DNA from: Eledone cirrhosa
Taxonomy: Eukaryota
DNA: 64,000 bases
NCBI GenBank assembly: GCA_964016885.1
Contig: OZ024745.1
Location: forward strand, 67,766,001-67,830,000
Direction of reading: 5' to 3'
A program made the translations under genes and the position numbers. Under the pieces are notes generated by a model. That model searched no databases and was not told where the DNA came from. It saw nothing but the letters and a program-made list of their open reading frames with translations. The first letter of the stretch is position 1; every line of letters starts with the position of its first letter. Positions 1 to 14,300 of the stretch are shown one piece after another.

Positions 1-685
1 ATTTATTTCAAACTTTAGTTACTTTTATAATGCTAGCGTGGAAGATATACGTTAAACAATGATGAATGAATTTAATTATATAACATACTAATTTATCACC
101 AACATTTTCTCCATACAGATAAAAATTAACCCTTTGATACTAAACTGCCTGAAACCACCTCTGTTTATTTTGAAATGTTTATATTCACCTAAAAACTTAC
201 CATTATAATGGCAGTATCGGTAGAGGGTCTGACGCTATGCTTTGCAGCAAAGAGTTACGCCCCTTTATGGTTTGAGTTCAAATCCCGCCGAGGTTAACTT
301 TGCCTTTCATCCTTACGGGGTCGATAAAATAAAAGTACCAGTAATGCACTGGATAATAGCTGGCCTTGTGCCAAAAGCAGAAACAATTATAATTTTATGT
401 AAGAACCTTTAAGTAATGAGAATATTAGTTATATTACTAAATCCCTCCAAATTCTTAATTCATTTTCAAAATTAATTAAAAATCATAAGCAGTGTTTTTC
501 ATTAGAAATATGGCAGAAAAAGAAAGGACTCTTGATCTGACAGTCACATGGGACACCATCTTGACACAAATTGTGGCTTGGGTATTTTAAACCTGGTGGT
601 GCACATCTCTCCAGATTTGAACAGAACTGGTTTCTTCCACAGAGAGAAAATCAACCTTAATACTCCACATGTATTTTATCAACCT

Positions 686-917
686 TTAACCCTTTAGCAT
701 TTACATTACTCTATATTTACTATTATATTTTCACAGTAAACACTTTATCTTACATAATTATCTAATTATCTCACATAATATTGAATCTGATATTTTGATA
801 TTTATTTTGAGAATAATATCTTAATATAAATATGAACAGCAGGTTACGGCCGGTTTGAAAAGAAAAAGGCGAGAGAATTCTGGCCAGATACAGCTGGTTT
901 AAACGCTAAAGGGTTAA
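686..917. mobile_element. TTAA-flanked MITE, family M1 (piggyBac-like ends)
   Basis: TTAACCCTTTAGCATTTA...TAAACGCTAAAGGGTTAA. Further copies at 30680-31601 (split), 35672-35881 (reversed), 55447-55663, 55950-56146, 58651-58856 and ~62680-62856. Confidence 0.8.
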
Positions 918-1048
918 ACAATGAAAAACGAAGTTGACTTCTGTGTTGTTTGAACTTGTATTGCAGTGAGCTAGAAGCAAATATTGATGCTTTTTAATAT
1001 GGCGCCCTAATGACTGCAATACTAGAAACAGAATGAATAAGTGTTTAC

Positions 1049-1225
1049 CTGTACAGCATCAGTTGCACATTTATTTGCGACATCTCCAGCCAGACATTTA
1101 GCAATTGAAGCATTGTAAGTATTGCGGATACCATTATCAATTTCCCAAGCAGCTTTATACATCATATGTCGTGCTGACTCTATTCCTATAGCCATGTCAG
1201 CCAACATAAATGACACAGCTTGGTG
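1049..1225 (-). CDS. ACADM: ACADM exon 11 ([11 protein letters not shown]...CATDAVQ)
   Basis: TTGCAG acceptor, GTAAAC donor, 177 nt; within ORF 1022..1276. Confidence 0.96.
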
Positions 1226-1780
1226 CTGCAAAAGAAAACAGACAGTAAATAAAATAAGATGCACTAACATAGGCACAAGGCCAGAAATTTTGAGTGAGGG
1301 TTACTCTTCAGTGAGTGGGGGACAGGTTGCTCCTCAATGAGTTGCTTGCTTATGTACGGTTTCACATTCCATCTAGTGCTCGGGAGATGTTGTCATACCT
1401 TTGACACAACTGAGGGTCCTCCCAACCCTTTGTTTGGCAAGATTTCTATGGCTGGATGCGCTTCCTATCACCAACCACTTTACAGTGTGTACTGGGTGCG
1501 TTTATCATGTAAATCACCAACACTAGGGAGGTTGTCATGCCATTGACATGACTGGAGGGTCCTCCTGACCCTTTGTCTGGCAGGTTTTCTACGGCTAGAT
1601 GACCTTCCTATGACCAACCACTTTACAGCATTGTTAGACAGAGACAGTGTGAAAGCCCATCATTATTTATATGTAACCTTCCATAGAGGTTAACTTTGCC
1701 TTTCATCCTTACAGGGTCGATAAAATAAAGTACCAGTAATGTACTGGGATAATTGGTGGGCTTGTGCCAAAAGTAGAAAC

Positions 1781-1876
<96 letters not shown>

Positions 1877-3225
1877 TGTACATCCGCTTTTTTCTGCTTG
1901 CAAGGGTGGGACAGGGAACTGATTCTGGCTTATATATATATATATAAAATATTAAAAAAATAATGAATAAAACAATGAAACAGTTCCTTATATTAAACAA
2001 AAAAAGTTCATTATTTAACGATCGTTTCTAGGACATATATGTGTTAGAATTGGCATGCATACTCAACAGATCTATGTACAAAATTATACAAAATTATACA
2101 AATTATCAAATATAATATACATACCAACACATACATATGCCGTCTTCAGAAATAATGAAATATATTTATTGATAATAACAACAATTCAAACTTACAGGTC
2201 TGTTTGGGAACAGAGTTCAAATTGACCAATGAAATACACAAAAATATATCAAGAAAATACAGTTAGGTGTGTGTATATATGTAAGTAACTTCGTTCACAG
2301 ATATGCATAAAAATATATGTTCACATGCATACGCATGTCGAAAAAATGTATGTAAATACAAAAATTCAGGGCTAATGTCTCTGTATGTTTATAATCTACA
2401 GATAAAATACACATACGCATATAAACATATATAGATTCATATATACACACATATATATACACACTTTCACACACACACGCGCATATACACATAAACATAC
2501 ACATACCCATGAACATACACACACACACTCACACACACACACACACACACACATATGTATATATTATTATTATAACTATATGGATATTTAGGCACACACA
2601 TAAACACTGCTACATATATTTTTACATACAAATGCAGAAGTGGGTAAGGGGTTCAGTAATAACTAAGGATGTCAGGGAACTGCCTATTTAAAAATGTATC
2701 TATAAATTTAGAAATAAAAAGAAATATATTAAAAAAATATATATAAACAAGTAAAATATACTCATACATAAAATACATACCGATATATATATATACATAT
2801 ATATACACATACACATATACATATATATATATATACATACACATACATATATACACGTACACATACACATACATATACATATATAAATACATAGACACAC
2901 ATACAAACACACATATATATAAATATATACATATATTCACAACTCACATACATATATACACATATATGTACACACACATACACACACATATATATATATA
3001 TATACACATATATACATACAGACACATATATATACACACACATATACATATATATATATATATACATACACACACATATATACATATATATATATACACA
3101 CACACAACACACACACACACATACATATACGTATATATACACACATACACATATACACATACAACCACACGCTCACACAACTCAGACATACATAAATAAA
3201 GAGATATACATACATACATATACAC

Positions 3226-3264
<39 letters not shown>

Positions 3265-3319
3265 CACATAGATATATATACACACACACACACACATATA
3301 TACATACACTCATATATAC

Positions 3320-3372
<53 letters not shown>

Positions 3373-4494
3373 CATATATACGTACAGGGCAATAAAGATA
3401 GACGGTAGTCACGGAATAGGCAGACCTAGAAAAACCTGGGACGAGCTGATAAACTCCGACATCACACACTTACACCTCTCCAAGACAATGTCACTGGACC
3501 GAGACCTTTGGCGGTACTCAGTAACAGAGAAGACCCGCCTTACCTAAATATATAGTAAAACCTACTCCAGCCAGTAGGCATCTCTAACAAAATACACCCC
3601 GTCCCACCACCACCACCCCATCCACACCACCCCGTTCTATGTAAAGTTATGTTGGTGCCGCGCCATCGAGGCCGAAACAAATGAGATCGTGTAGGTGTCA
3701 CGACAAAAAAACACACAGTCCACGCTGTAATGTGGCCGTGTAGGCAACACGGTAAAAACCTCCCAGACCCACACTGTAAATGTGGTTGGTGTTAGGAAGG
3801 GCATCCAACTGTAGAAAACCTGCCAGACAGTCCTATACAAAATCTGCTTTAATTATTATAAACCTAATTAACATATACTATAGAAATTAATATATAATTC
3901 TTTAATTTAGTTAACCTATAATTTATATTCTACTACCGATGAAATACTTGATTTGGTTTTCCCTATTACTAAATTCATTTCCTAATATTGATACCATAAT
4001 GTTAATATTTTAATTTAGTTATGATATAATTAATATTCTACTACTATTTAACTTCAAAATTCCGCTTCAAATATTATAAACCTAAGTAGTATACACCTTA
4101 GAAATCAATATATTAACTAATTTTAATTTAGTTAACCTTTAATTAATAGTCTACTTATATTAAAATGCATAATTTTGCCTTCTTTCTTACATTTCCTAAT
4201 ACTGAAACTACTATGTAAACATATATTATGATCTAAATGCAGATTAATATTCTATGTTCCTTGAAACCTATATTTACTTCTTCCCACTAATAATTTTAAT
4301 CCCCTTCCCCCCCCCCCCTATAATTATTTATATTTGTAAGCGTGGATGAATGTATGTGTATGTAAGTAGGTATGTATGTTTGGGTGTTTATATGTGAGTA
4401 TAAAAATACATATGTGCGCATGTAAATAAGTGTCTATGATTGTATATATATATATGTATATATATATATATGTATGTATGTATGTATATATATG

Positions 4495-4541
<47 letters not shown>

Positions 4542-4720
4542 GTCTATATATAAGTATGTGTGTATGTATATATGTATGCGTGCGTGTGTATATGTGTATA
4601 TATATTTGTAGAGATGTGTGTATGTGTATATATATATATGTGTGCATAATTGTCTGACTGTGTGTATTTATTTATTTATTTATTTATTTTTATATATATT
4701 TATATGTATGTGTGTATGTA

Positions 4721-4765
<45 letters not shown>

Positions 4766-4820
4766 GTATATATGAATGTATGTATATATGTGTGTGTGTG
4801 TGTGTATATATATCTATGTG

Positions 4821-4871
<51 letters not shown>

Positions 4872-4991
4872 GTGTATATGTATGTATGTATATCTCTTTA
4901 TTTATGTATGTCTGAGTTGTGTGAGCGTGTGGTTGTATGTGTATATGCATACACGGATATGTGTATGTGTGTGTATATATACGTATATGTA

Positions 4992-5024
<33 letters not shown>

Positions 5025-5276
5025 GTATATATGTGTGTGTATGTATATATATATGTATATGTGTGTGTATATATGTGTGTATATATATGTGTCTGTATGT
5101 ATATATGTGTATATATATATATATATATATGTGTGTGTATGTGTGTGTACATATATGTGTATATATGTATGTGAGTTGTGAATATATGTATATATTTATA
5201 TATATGTGTGTTTGTATGTGTGTCTATGTATTTATATATGTATATGTATGTATGTGTACGTGTATATATGTATGTG

Positions 5277-5329
<53 letters not shown>

Positions 5330-8300
5330 GTGTATGTGTATATATATGTATATATATATCGGTATGTATTTTATATATGAGTATATTTTACTTGTTTATA
5401 TATATTTTTTTAATATATTTCTTTTTATTTCTAAATTTATAGATACATTTTTAAATAGGCAGTTCCCTGACATCCTTAGTTATTACTGAACCCCTTACCC
5501 ACTTCTGCATTTGTATGTAAAAATATATGTAGCAGTGTTTATGTGTGTGCCTAAATATCCATATAGTTATAATAATAATATATACATATGTGTGTGTGTG
5601 TGTATGTTCATGGGTATGTGTATGTTTATGTGTATATGCGTGTGTGTGTGTGAATGTGTGTATATATATGTGTGTATATATGAATCTATATATGTTTATA
5701 TGCGTATGTGTATTTTATCTGTAGATTATAAACATACAGAGACATTAGCCCTGAATTTTTGTATTTACATACATTTTTTCGACATGCGTATGCATGTGAA
5801 CATATATTTTTATGCATATCTGTGAACGAAGTTACTTACATATATACACACACCTAACTGTATTTTCTTGATATATTTTTGTGTATTTCATTGGTCAATT
5901 TGAACTCTGTTCCCAAACAGACCTGTAATTTTGAATTGTTGTTATTATCAATAAATATATTTCATTATTTCTGAAGACGGCATATGTATGTGTTGGTATG
6001 TATATTATATTTGATAATTTGTATAATTTTGTATAATTTTGTACATAGATCTGTTGAGTATGCATACCAATTCTAACACATATATGTCCTAGAAACGATC
6101 GTTAAATAATGAACTTTTTTTGTTTAATATAAGAAACTGTTTCATTGTTTTATTCATTATTTTTTTAATATTTTATCTTGACTCTGTATTCCGTTTATCT
6201 TTCACCGAAAGTGATTTTTGAATGCATCTCTTCTTTCCATGATATCCGGATTACATTGAGTTCTTCATACGGATTGGACACTACCGTAAACTCTTGGTAG
6301 ATTTATCTATATATATATATATATATATATAAAACACAATATAATCACTGCTTTACATCAGACTTTCCATGCATGCATATATTTATGTGTGTCCTTGTCT
6401 ATTTTGCATATACTATACTAGACTTGAAATAAATATGTACTAGGTGTCAACATGATTGACTAAATCCCTTGAAGAGTGTGACCCAGCATGGCTAAAATCA
6501 AGTGACTGAAAACAGTAAACGAATAAAATACCAAATATATTTACTAACTGAACAAATAGGTTGTCCCATGGTTTTTCTCTCCATAGAATATTTCGTAGCT
6601 TCCGCAAGGGCTCTTTGTGCCAGGCCACATGCTCCTGCTGCTACCTGGAAACAGAATAACAATGAGATAATCATTCAAGTGTGTCCATCACATTTTACAT
6701 CAAACAATGCTGGGTTAGATTTTAGCATAGTTCACCTCATAACCTTTTTGATACCAACCCAGCAAAAACTAGTTCTGGTTCTATGAAACAAAACCACCCA
6801 TTTTAAAGGGTCCCTACTTCAATTAAAATCTTCCAACATAATGTTATATAAGAACCCTATGTTAGCTCTTTATCTTAGCAATGGAATAATTAATAATTTT
6901 AGTAAATTCCACAACATTCTTCATTAATTAAAAAATACAGTCACAAAAGGCCAACACCCATAAAAATACAGTCACAATCGGGGCAGCACCCATAACCCTT
7001 TATTTTTTTTATGACCTCCAAAATTAATAGGATGAAGGGAAGAAATCTACTAATTGGAAACTTAGCCCAAACACTTGCAATAGAATGAACTCCATCAAAT
7101 GCATCTAAGTCTTGAGTAGAGATGTTAAACAAGGAGTCAGATTACATCTGCCACATCATAGTAACTTAATGTAAGGTTCTTATATAATATTATGTTGGAA
7201 GATTTTAAATTTAAATTGGTAACTTTTAAAATGGGTGGTTTTATTTCATAGAACCAGAGTATGTTTTCACCAGGTTGATAACTGAAGGGTTAAACAGAAA
7301 AGAATTAGTATATCATCAGAATAAATCACAAAATTGACTTACTGGAGGTCGTGTCTTGTCAAAGGCAGCCATTGCAATCTTAAAACCAATACCTTCTGTA
7401 CCAAGAACATTCTGAAAATAAAAGTATATATGTATAGAGATTTTTTTTTTTTACATATTTGGTGTAAAGAAGAAAATCAGTTCTTAGCAATTATAGACTT
7501 TCTTAGAATGGTGAAATGGATGTAGTTGTAATGTAATACATCATTGTTTAACAATCATTTTGCCACGCTAGCATAGGTTAGGAAGGTCATCACAGACCAA
7601 GTAAGCACTTTAGAGTCACAGTCCTCACACACAAGCCATGGGAGTACCACATCTTGCTTACATACATTACTACACTTTACAAATATACAGGGTGCATTTT
7701 ATTGTGGCACCGGTACTACAACTTACAGTGTGTACTGTATTTGAATTAAGATAGTATTTGTAATATAACAAAAATTTTCTCCTTATAAATAAAAGGTCGA
7801 TTGTATGCTGTTTGTGCGATGCTGCATGGTATTGAGACATGGGTAGTGATTGCAGAGGACATGCAAAGACTGGAGAGAAATGAAGCAAATATGCTTCAGT
7901 GGATGTGCAATGTTAATGTGCGAGAAAAACAAAGCATGGATGAACTGAGGGAGAAACTGGGTATAAGAGGTATCAGAAATAGTGAGAAAAGAGACTGCAT
8001 TTGTATGGAGATGTGATGCACATGGATGATGATGACTGGGTGAAGAAGTGCTAAGTAATCCCAGCGGAGAGAAGCCACAGTAGAATACCTGGATGGAAGT
8101 GGTGAGAGCTGATCTCAGATCCCTAAAGCTTGTGGAGATGACAAAAGGATGCAACAAGTGGAGAGATGCTGTACTAAGGTCCTGTCCAACCAGGTAAAAT
8201 GAGGCACTCTTCAAAAGAGTGGCTTTGTTTCATAGAACCTGAATTAGTTTGGGATGAATTAGTATAAAAAAAGGTTAAATTTCTGTAGGTTGATGTATAT

Positions 8301-11300
8301 AAGGAAATATTGAATAGAAAAGGGGTTGAAAGGGCCACCAGTTCTGTGGAGAAATGATTAGTATTGGGATTACAGAAATGGACACTGTAAAAATGAAGAG
8401 GAAAGGAATAGGTAGATAGACCAGAAGAGCAGAGGCCATCATAGTTGTTGTTTAATCCTAAACCAAGTGTATGATTAAAGGTGTTTCATCACATAATTTA
8501 TTTCCTGTATGTAAGGCTATATTATTAAGGTGACCTTTCATTTTTAACCCTTTTGATTCCACACCACCTGAAACAGCTTCTTGTTAGCATGGTATAGACG
8601 GGTTGTCCTATTTGAGGCAAGTCAGGTCAGGTGACCGTGTCTTGCTGATACAGAACAATTTCTAGCTTGGTTTCTTCAGCTGGATGCCCTTCCTAATGCC
8701 AACCATATTTACAGTGTGTGCTGGGTGCTTTTTGTTGTGAAACCTACACAACCACTTTACAGTGTAGGCTGGGTGCTTGTTGTGATACCAACATGACCAC
8801 TTTACAGTGGAGTGGGTGCACTTTATTGTGACACTGGCACCACCATTTTACAGAATGGGGTGGGTATATTTTATTGTGGCACAGGCTCCACCTCGTTAGA
8901 GTAGGCTGGATGAGTTTTATCATGACACTGGCCACTTTACTGAATGGACTGTTTACTAAATATACAAAAGGTATATAATTGTTTCTACTTTTGGCACAAG
9001 GCCAGCAATTACCCAGTACATTACTGGTACTTTATTTATCGACCCCCGTAAGGATGAAAGGCAAAGTTAACCTCGGCGGGATTTGAACTCAGACCAAAAA
9101 GGGACGTAACTATGCTAGAAAGCATGTCGTCCAACCCTCTACCGATACAAAAGGTATATAATGAATTGGAAAACGTCGATGAACTGAAATTAGTCATAGA
9201 ATTTATTTTTAAAATTCTCCTCCTGGTGGAGATGAGGTTGAGTAAAATAATCTAAAAAAAAAAAAGGAAAGATAACTCCGATAAAATTAAGAGTTCTTAT
9301 TCAGAGTTATTGCCCTCCTAGATATTCTGTTTTGAGGCATGATTTCAAAAGTTGGATGCCTTTTTTAATGCCAACTACTTTACAATGTGTATAGGGTGTA
9401 TTTTACTGTGGCTCCAGCACTAGAGAATCTTCTCTACTCTATGACAGAAAGAACTAGTAAGTACAAATCCAATATTTTACCAACAAAATGTTGACAATCT
9501 TACCTCAGCAGGAACAACAACATCTTCAAATGTAATACCTCTGGTATCTGAAGCTCTTTGGCCCATATTCCATTCCTGAAATGAAGAATTTACCAGATAC
9601 TCACTAATGGGAGTTAATATAGAAATATCATAAATACATAATTAAGTTTTTCTTCTTCATGATATGAAGACAATGGTAAGCAAACATAGAGACATCTCTC
9701 ACAGATTTCTTCTTCCACATGTAAAACAGACCAGAAATTTTTGAAGTAAATATTTCTATAGTGAAGGAGCATGATCTAGTAGTTAGTGTGTTGGGCTCAC
9801 AATTGTAAGATCATAGAATCAATCCCTGTTCTGTCCCTGAGTAAGCAAAACACTTCACTTCATGTTGCTCCTGTCCCTGTAAAAATGGATATAAGATTTG
9901 GGGGAACCTGTAGATTTACTCTGTCACCCAGTTTAAGGCCACCACATTGTTCCTGTATGTCTTTAGCAGAATCCCCTCTATTCAGGTATTTTAGCCATTC
10001 CTCCCTGAAAAGTGGTCATATATGCTGCACTTCCTCCTTGATTCCTTTATTCACTCACTGATGCCCTCACTCTTGGTGGAGTCATAGAGGACTGTTGTGA
10101 TATATGGTTATATATAGCTTGGGCACTTAAAACTCATGAAACCTATCACTCTCCAGATATGAACTCAGCCGATTCTTCTAGAAAGAGAAGATGGGACAGA
10201 AGAATCAACCCCAGTACTGGATTGATACTTTATTTATTGACCTTAGCAAGTCAAAATTAATCGGAGCTACTGCCCTCCTAGATAGGTTGGGAAATCCCAT
10301 CTAGCTTGTAGGTTCCATTTTGTGGCAGTTTTTAAGATGAGATGCCCTTTCTAACATCAACCAATGTACATAGTTCTAGATTTATTTTATCATGACACCA
10401 GTACTAGAAATATTGTCATCTATACACATAAGTGCTTATATGACAATGTTTGTGTCTAGAGATATATATATTCTTATTTATTATCCAATCTTTTTGTGGG
10501 AATGGTTGTTGTTTAGCCTTAGGTCAGTCCTTAGGTAGACCTATGATCAAAAACATTCCAACTGTAACTATTTCATTTCTTTATTTAAACAGTATATCTA
10601 GGACTACATTATCTAATGTATAATATAGTAGTTAGTGTTTGTGGCTATAGTTGTTGTTGTTTAGCCCTAGGTCAGGATCCAGCAGACATGATCAAAGCAG
10701 TTCCAGCCTTACCCATCAAATGTGTTCATAGGCCATATACAACTACATTATCTAATGTGTCCTTTCTATATTTAAGATGGTAAGGGGCGATTTGAGAAAG
10801 GTTTCAGTTATTTCTAACAAGTTGACCTATTGTATAGAGGCTCTTTCATTTGCATAACTGAATTGGCAAAGCATGTGACTTTTATGAAGTGATTTGAGGG
10901 TTTTAGGTTACAAAAAATTAAGAGTAATCAACTATAATGTTCACATACCTTTCTGCCTTTAATTACACCTGGCAAATCAGCATCTACAATGAAGCCAGTA
11001 AAAGCTTTACCAGTCGGTGTCTTGGGGTTTGAATCTGTTCGAGCCAGCAAGAAATACCAGTTAGCAACACCTCCATTTGTTATCCACATTTTTTGACCAT
11101 TGATCACATATTCATTGCCTTTCTTTACAGCTTTTGTTTTGATCGCAGCCACATCAGAGCCAGCAGTTGGTTCTGTAACACAATATGCCTGCAATGGAAA
11201 AAGAAAAGAATATAATCACTATTTGTCAGTTATTTTACATCTGTTTTTCCATGCATTTGTACATGGCTTGCACTACTCTCAAAAGTCATTCTTCTACAAC

Positions 11301-14300
11301 TGATTTCCTCAAGGACCACCAGATGAAAACATAAAAGAATGATTTAAAAAATGAAAATAAAAAATAATTTTACATTCATATACATAAAACTATTTTATAT
11401 ATTTTTTTTTTTAATCACTTAGGCAGCTAGAGGATAGCAACTTCTTCTATTACAAAAACACATATGCTACTGAAACCATCCAAAGATAACACCATGTGCA
11501 TTACAGGTGAAATGAAAATTAAAACTTAAGTCAGAGGAGAAATAACAATGCCCATGACTCTTTTTAGGGCTTTCAAGTCTAATGATAGGGAGGAAAATAT
11601 TCTCAAACCAGGGACCTGACTAAAATGTTTGAAACAGAGAGAACTCCACATAGATGTGTGGTTAAGGGGTTTGTTTCACAACCATGTGATTCTAGGTTCA
11701 TTCCCACTGTGTGGGACTTTAAGCACATGTCTTATACTATAGCCTCAAGTTGACCAATACCTTCTTAGTGGAATTTGGTAGACATAAACTGTTGAAGCCT
11801 GTTGTGTGTGTGTATGCATGAATGTATGTGGGTGACCATATTTATGTTTGTGTCAGTGTTTATATACAATAACTTAATGGTTGGAGAAAACAGGGAGCAA
11901 TAAAATAAGTATGACACTAAAAAGAAAAAGTACTGAGGTCAATATGATCAAGGAAAATCAAGGTAGTGCTTCAACATGGCCGTAATCAAATTACTGAAAC
12001 CAGTAAAAATATAAAATAATAAAGTTAACCTACACACATCAGTGGCTCCTCTAACATTCGGCTGAGATATTTCTTCTTTTGGAAATCATTTCCTGCTATA
12101 ATTACTGGCATTTGCTGTATAAATGAGAAACAATAGAAAATCATCATTATCCTCATTATATTACTTAACCCCCTAGTTACCAACCAGGCCAAAACCAGCT
12201 CTGGTTCAATGAAACCACCCATTTTAAAGGTTTCCAATTTAAATTAAAATCTTCCAACATAATTTTATATAAGAACCTTACATTAAGTTACTTAAAAATG
12301 AAATAATTAATCATTTTAGTAAATCCCTCAAAATTCTTCATTAATTAAGTGGTGGATTGGCAGTATCGGTAGAGGGTCGGATGCCATGCTTTGACTCATA
12401 GAGTTACGGCCCTTGCCATTCTGAGTTCAAATCCCGCCAAGATTAACTTTGCCTTTCATCCTTACGGGGTCGATAAAATAAAGTACCAGTAATGCACTGG
12501 GTAATTGCTGGCCTTGTGCCAAAAAGTAGAAACAATTAATTAATTAAAATAGTGTATTTCATTAGAAATGCAACCATAAAAAGGTTAAGTCAATGGTAAC
12601 ATATTCAAGAAAGTGTTGACACAGGCATGGATGAGTGGCTAGGAAGTTTGCTTGCAATTATGAGGTCCCAGGTTTGATCCGACTGCCTAAAATCTTGCAA
12701 TAGTTGTTTTATTATAGCTTTAGGTCAACCCAAACCCTTTGAATGAAATTAGGTAGACAGAAACTATGTGGAAGCCTGCTGGATGGATTGTACCTGTAAT
12801 TCAATGGTCCAGTCTGGTGACATTGTGTCGCACTGATTTGGCTTGAAAATTACAATAAGGTACACCTTTCTGTGGAATAATCAACACTTTAATTCATGAA
12901 TTAAGTTGACTGAACAATGGAATGTTCATTGTCAAAACCGATGGAGGATCTATTATCTTCCCATAATGAAGTAGGTTAAGAAAGATTAAAATTACATCTG
13001 TAATCACTCCATGTAGAGCCACTATTTCTCAGAATTGAGAGATCGCAACTCCAATACTATGGGCATGTAGTTAGAATGTCTCAGGAAAGAACTGCTGGGC
13101 AGATTTTACAAGGCAAAAGCAACTGCCAGGAGACCTAGAGATAGACCCCAAGTAAGATGGTTGTAAAACATCCATGAGCTTGGCTGGTCTCACTTGGAGA
13201 TCCAGCCGGATCAGTTGGAAACAGTTGCTTCTGACAGAACCCACTGGAAGGAGTGTTTGCGGACTCTGCTCCCCAAGAAGAAGAAAAGGAATCCATTAGC
13301 ATTATGATTAACTCTGGCCAGGAAAGGCAGGGGAGAAAACTCTGAAATTTAAATTTCCAAATAGGTGGTGGTGAAGCAGTTCGGTTTTGTTTTGTTACAA
13401 CAATTTAACTTACCCCAAGGGAATTAGCTTCAATTGCAGTTTGGATACCTGTACATCCATAAGCTAATTCTTCTGTTGTTAAACAAGAATCTATAATTCC
13501 TAAACCCAAGCCACCTGTAAAGATAAAATCATTTAAATGTTATCAAAGAATGTTTGGTGAATTATAAGAGATTTATTGATTTATTTTACTGTTTAGTCAG
13601 GGAGTGGGTTTAAGGAGAATCCCTGAGGTGGTGTGCAAGAAAGAAGACTGCATTGGTATGTACATGTGATGTACATGGACAATGACTGATGGGTGAAGAA
13701 ATGCTAAAAATCCTAGTGGAAGGAAGCCGCAATAGAGGACGACCAAGAAAAATCTGTGCAGAGGTTGTGAGAGCGGACCTCAAGACTGGCAGAGGAGATG
13801 ACGAAGGAACGCGACAAATGAAGAGATATCGTGATGAGAAGGACCCGTCCAACCCATGCAAGTATGGAAAAGTGGACTATGATGATGATGATGATGATAC
13901 ATAACTGAAACATGGGAATCCAAAGTCTAATAATCTAATCCTTCTCTAAGAGCCTTATGTTGTAAAGAGGTGACAGCAAAAATATGCTGCAGTGATTAAC
14001 ACTATACTATTCATACAAGAACTTACCATATTCTTTAGGAATGTGTGCATTTATAAGGCCTAAATCAAATACTTTCTTCACGATATCCCAGGGATACTGG
14101 AACAAAAACAAAACATTTTAAGACACTATTACAAAATACATTTCATTACTGAAATTATTTATTACAAAGAATTTAGAGATTTTTATAGCCACAGAAAGCA
14201 GAAATGCCTTATCACTCACTTTTAGTATATAACACGTTAACATCCTATTGTATAACATATGTCAATATCCCAGTATAGTAGATATGTCAATATACCACTG

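Larger units (their letters stand above)
1944..6176. repeat. Large inverted repeat: arms ~1944-3378 and ~4715-6176, spacer ~1.3 kb
   Basis: Unique segments match as reverse complements (e.g. 2641 TGGGTAAGGGGTTCAG / 5486 CTGAACCCCTTACCCA). Mirrored spurious ORFs 2295..2528(-)/5511..5825(+) and 2653..2940(-)/5178..5489(+). Confidence 0.95.

Noticed and set aside
1623-5825. Many ORFs rich in YI/CV/HT dipeptides (also 41070-43507)
   Set aside because: Translations of (TA)n/(TG)n microsatellites, which lack stop codons in some frames; not genes.
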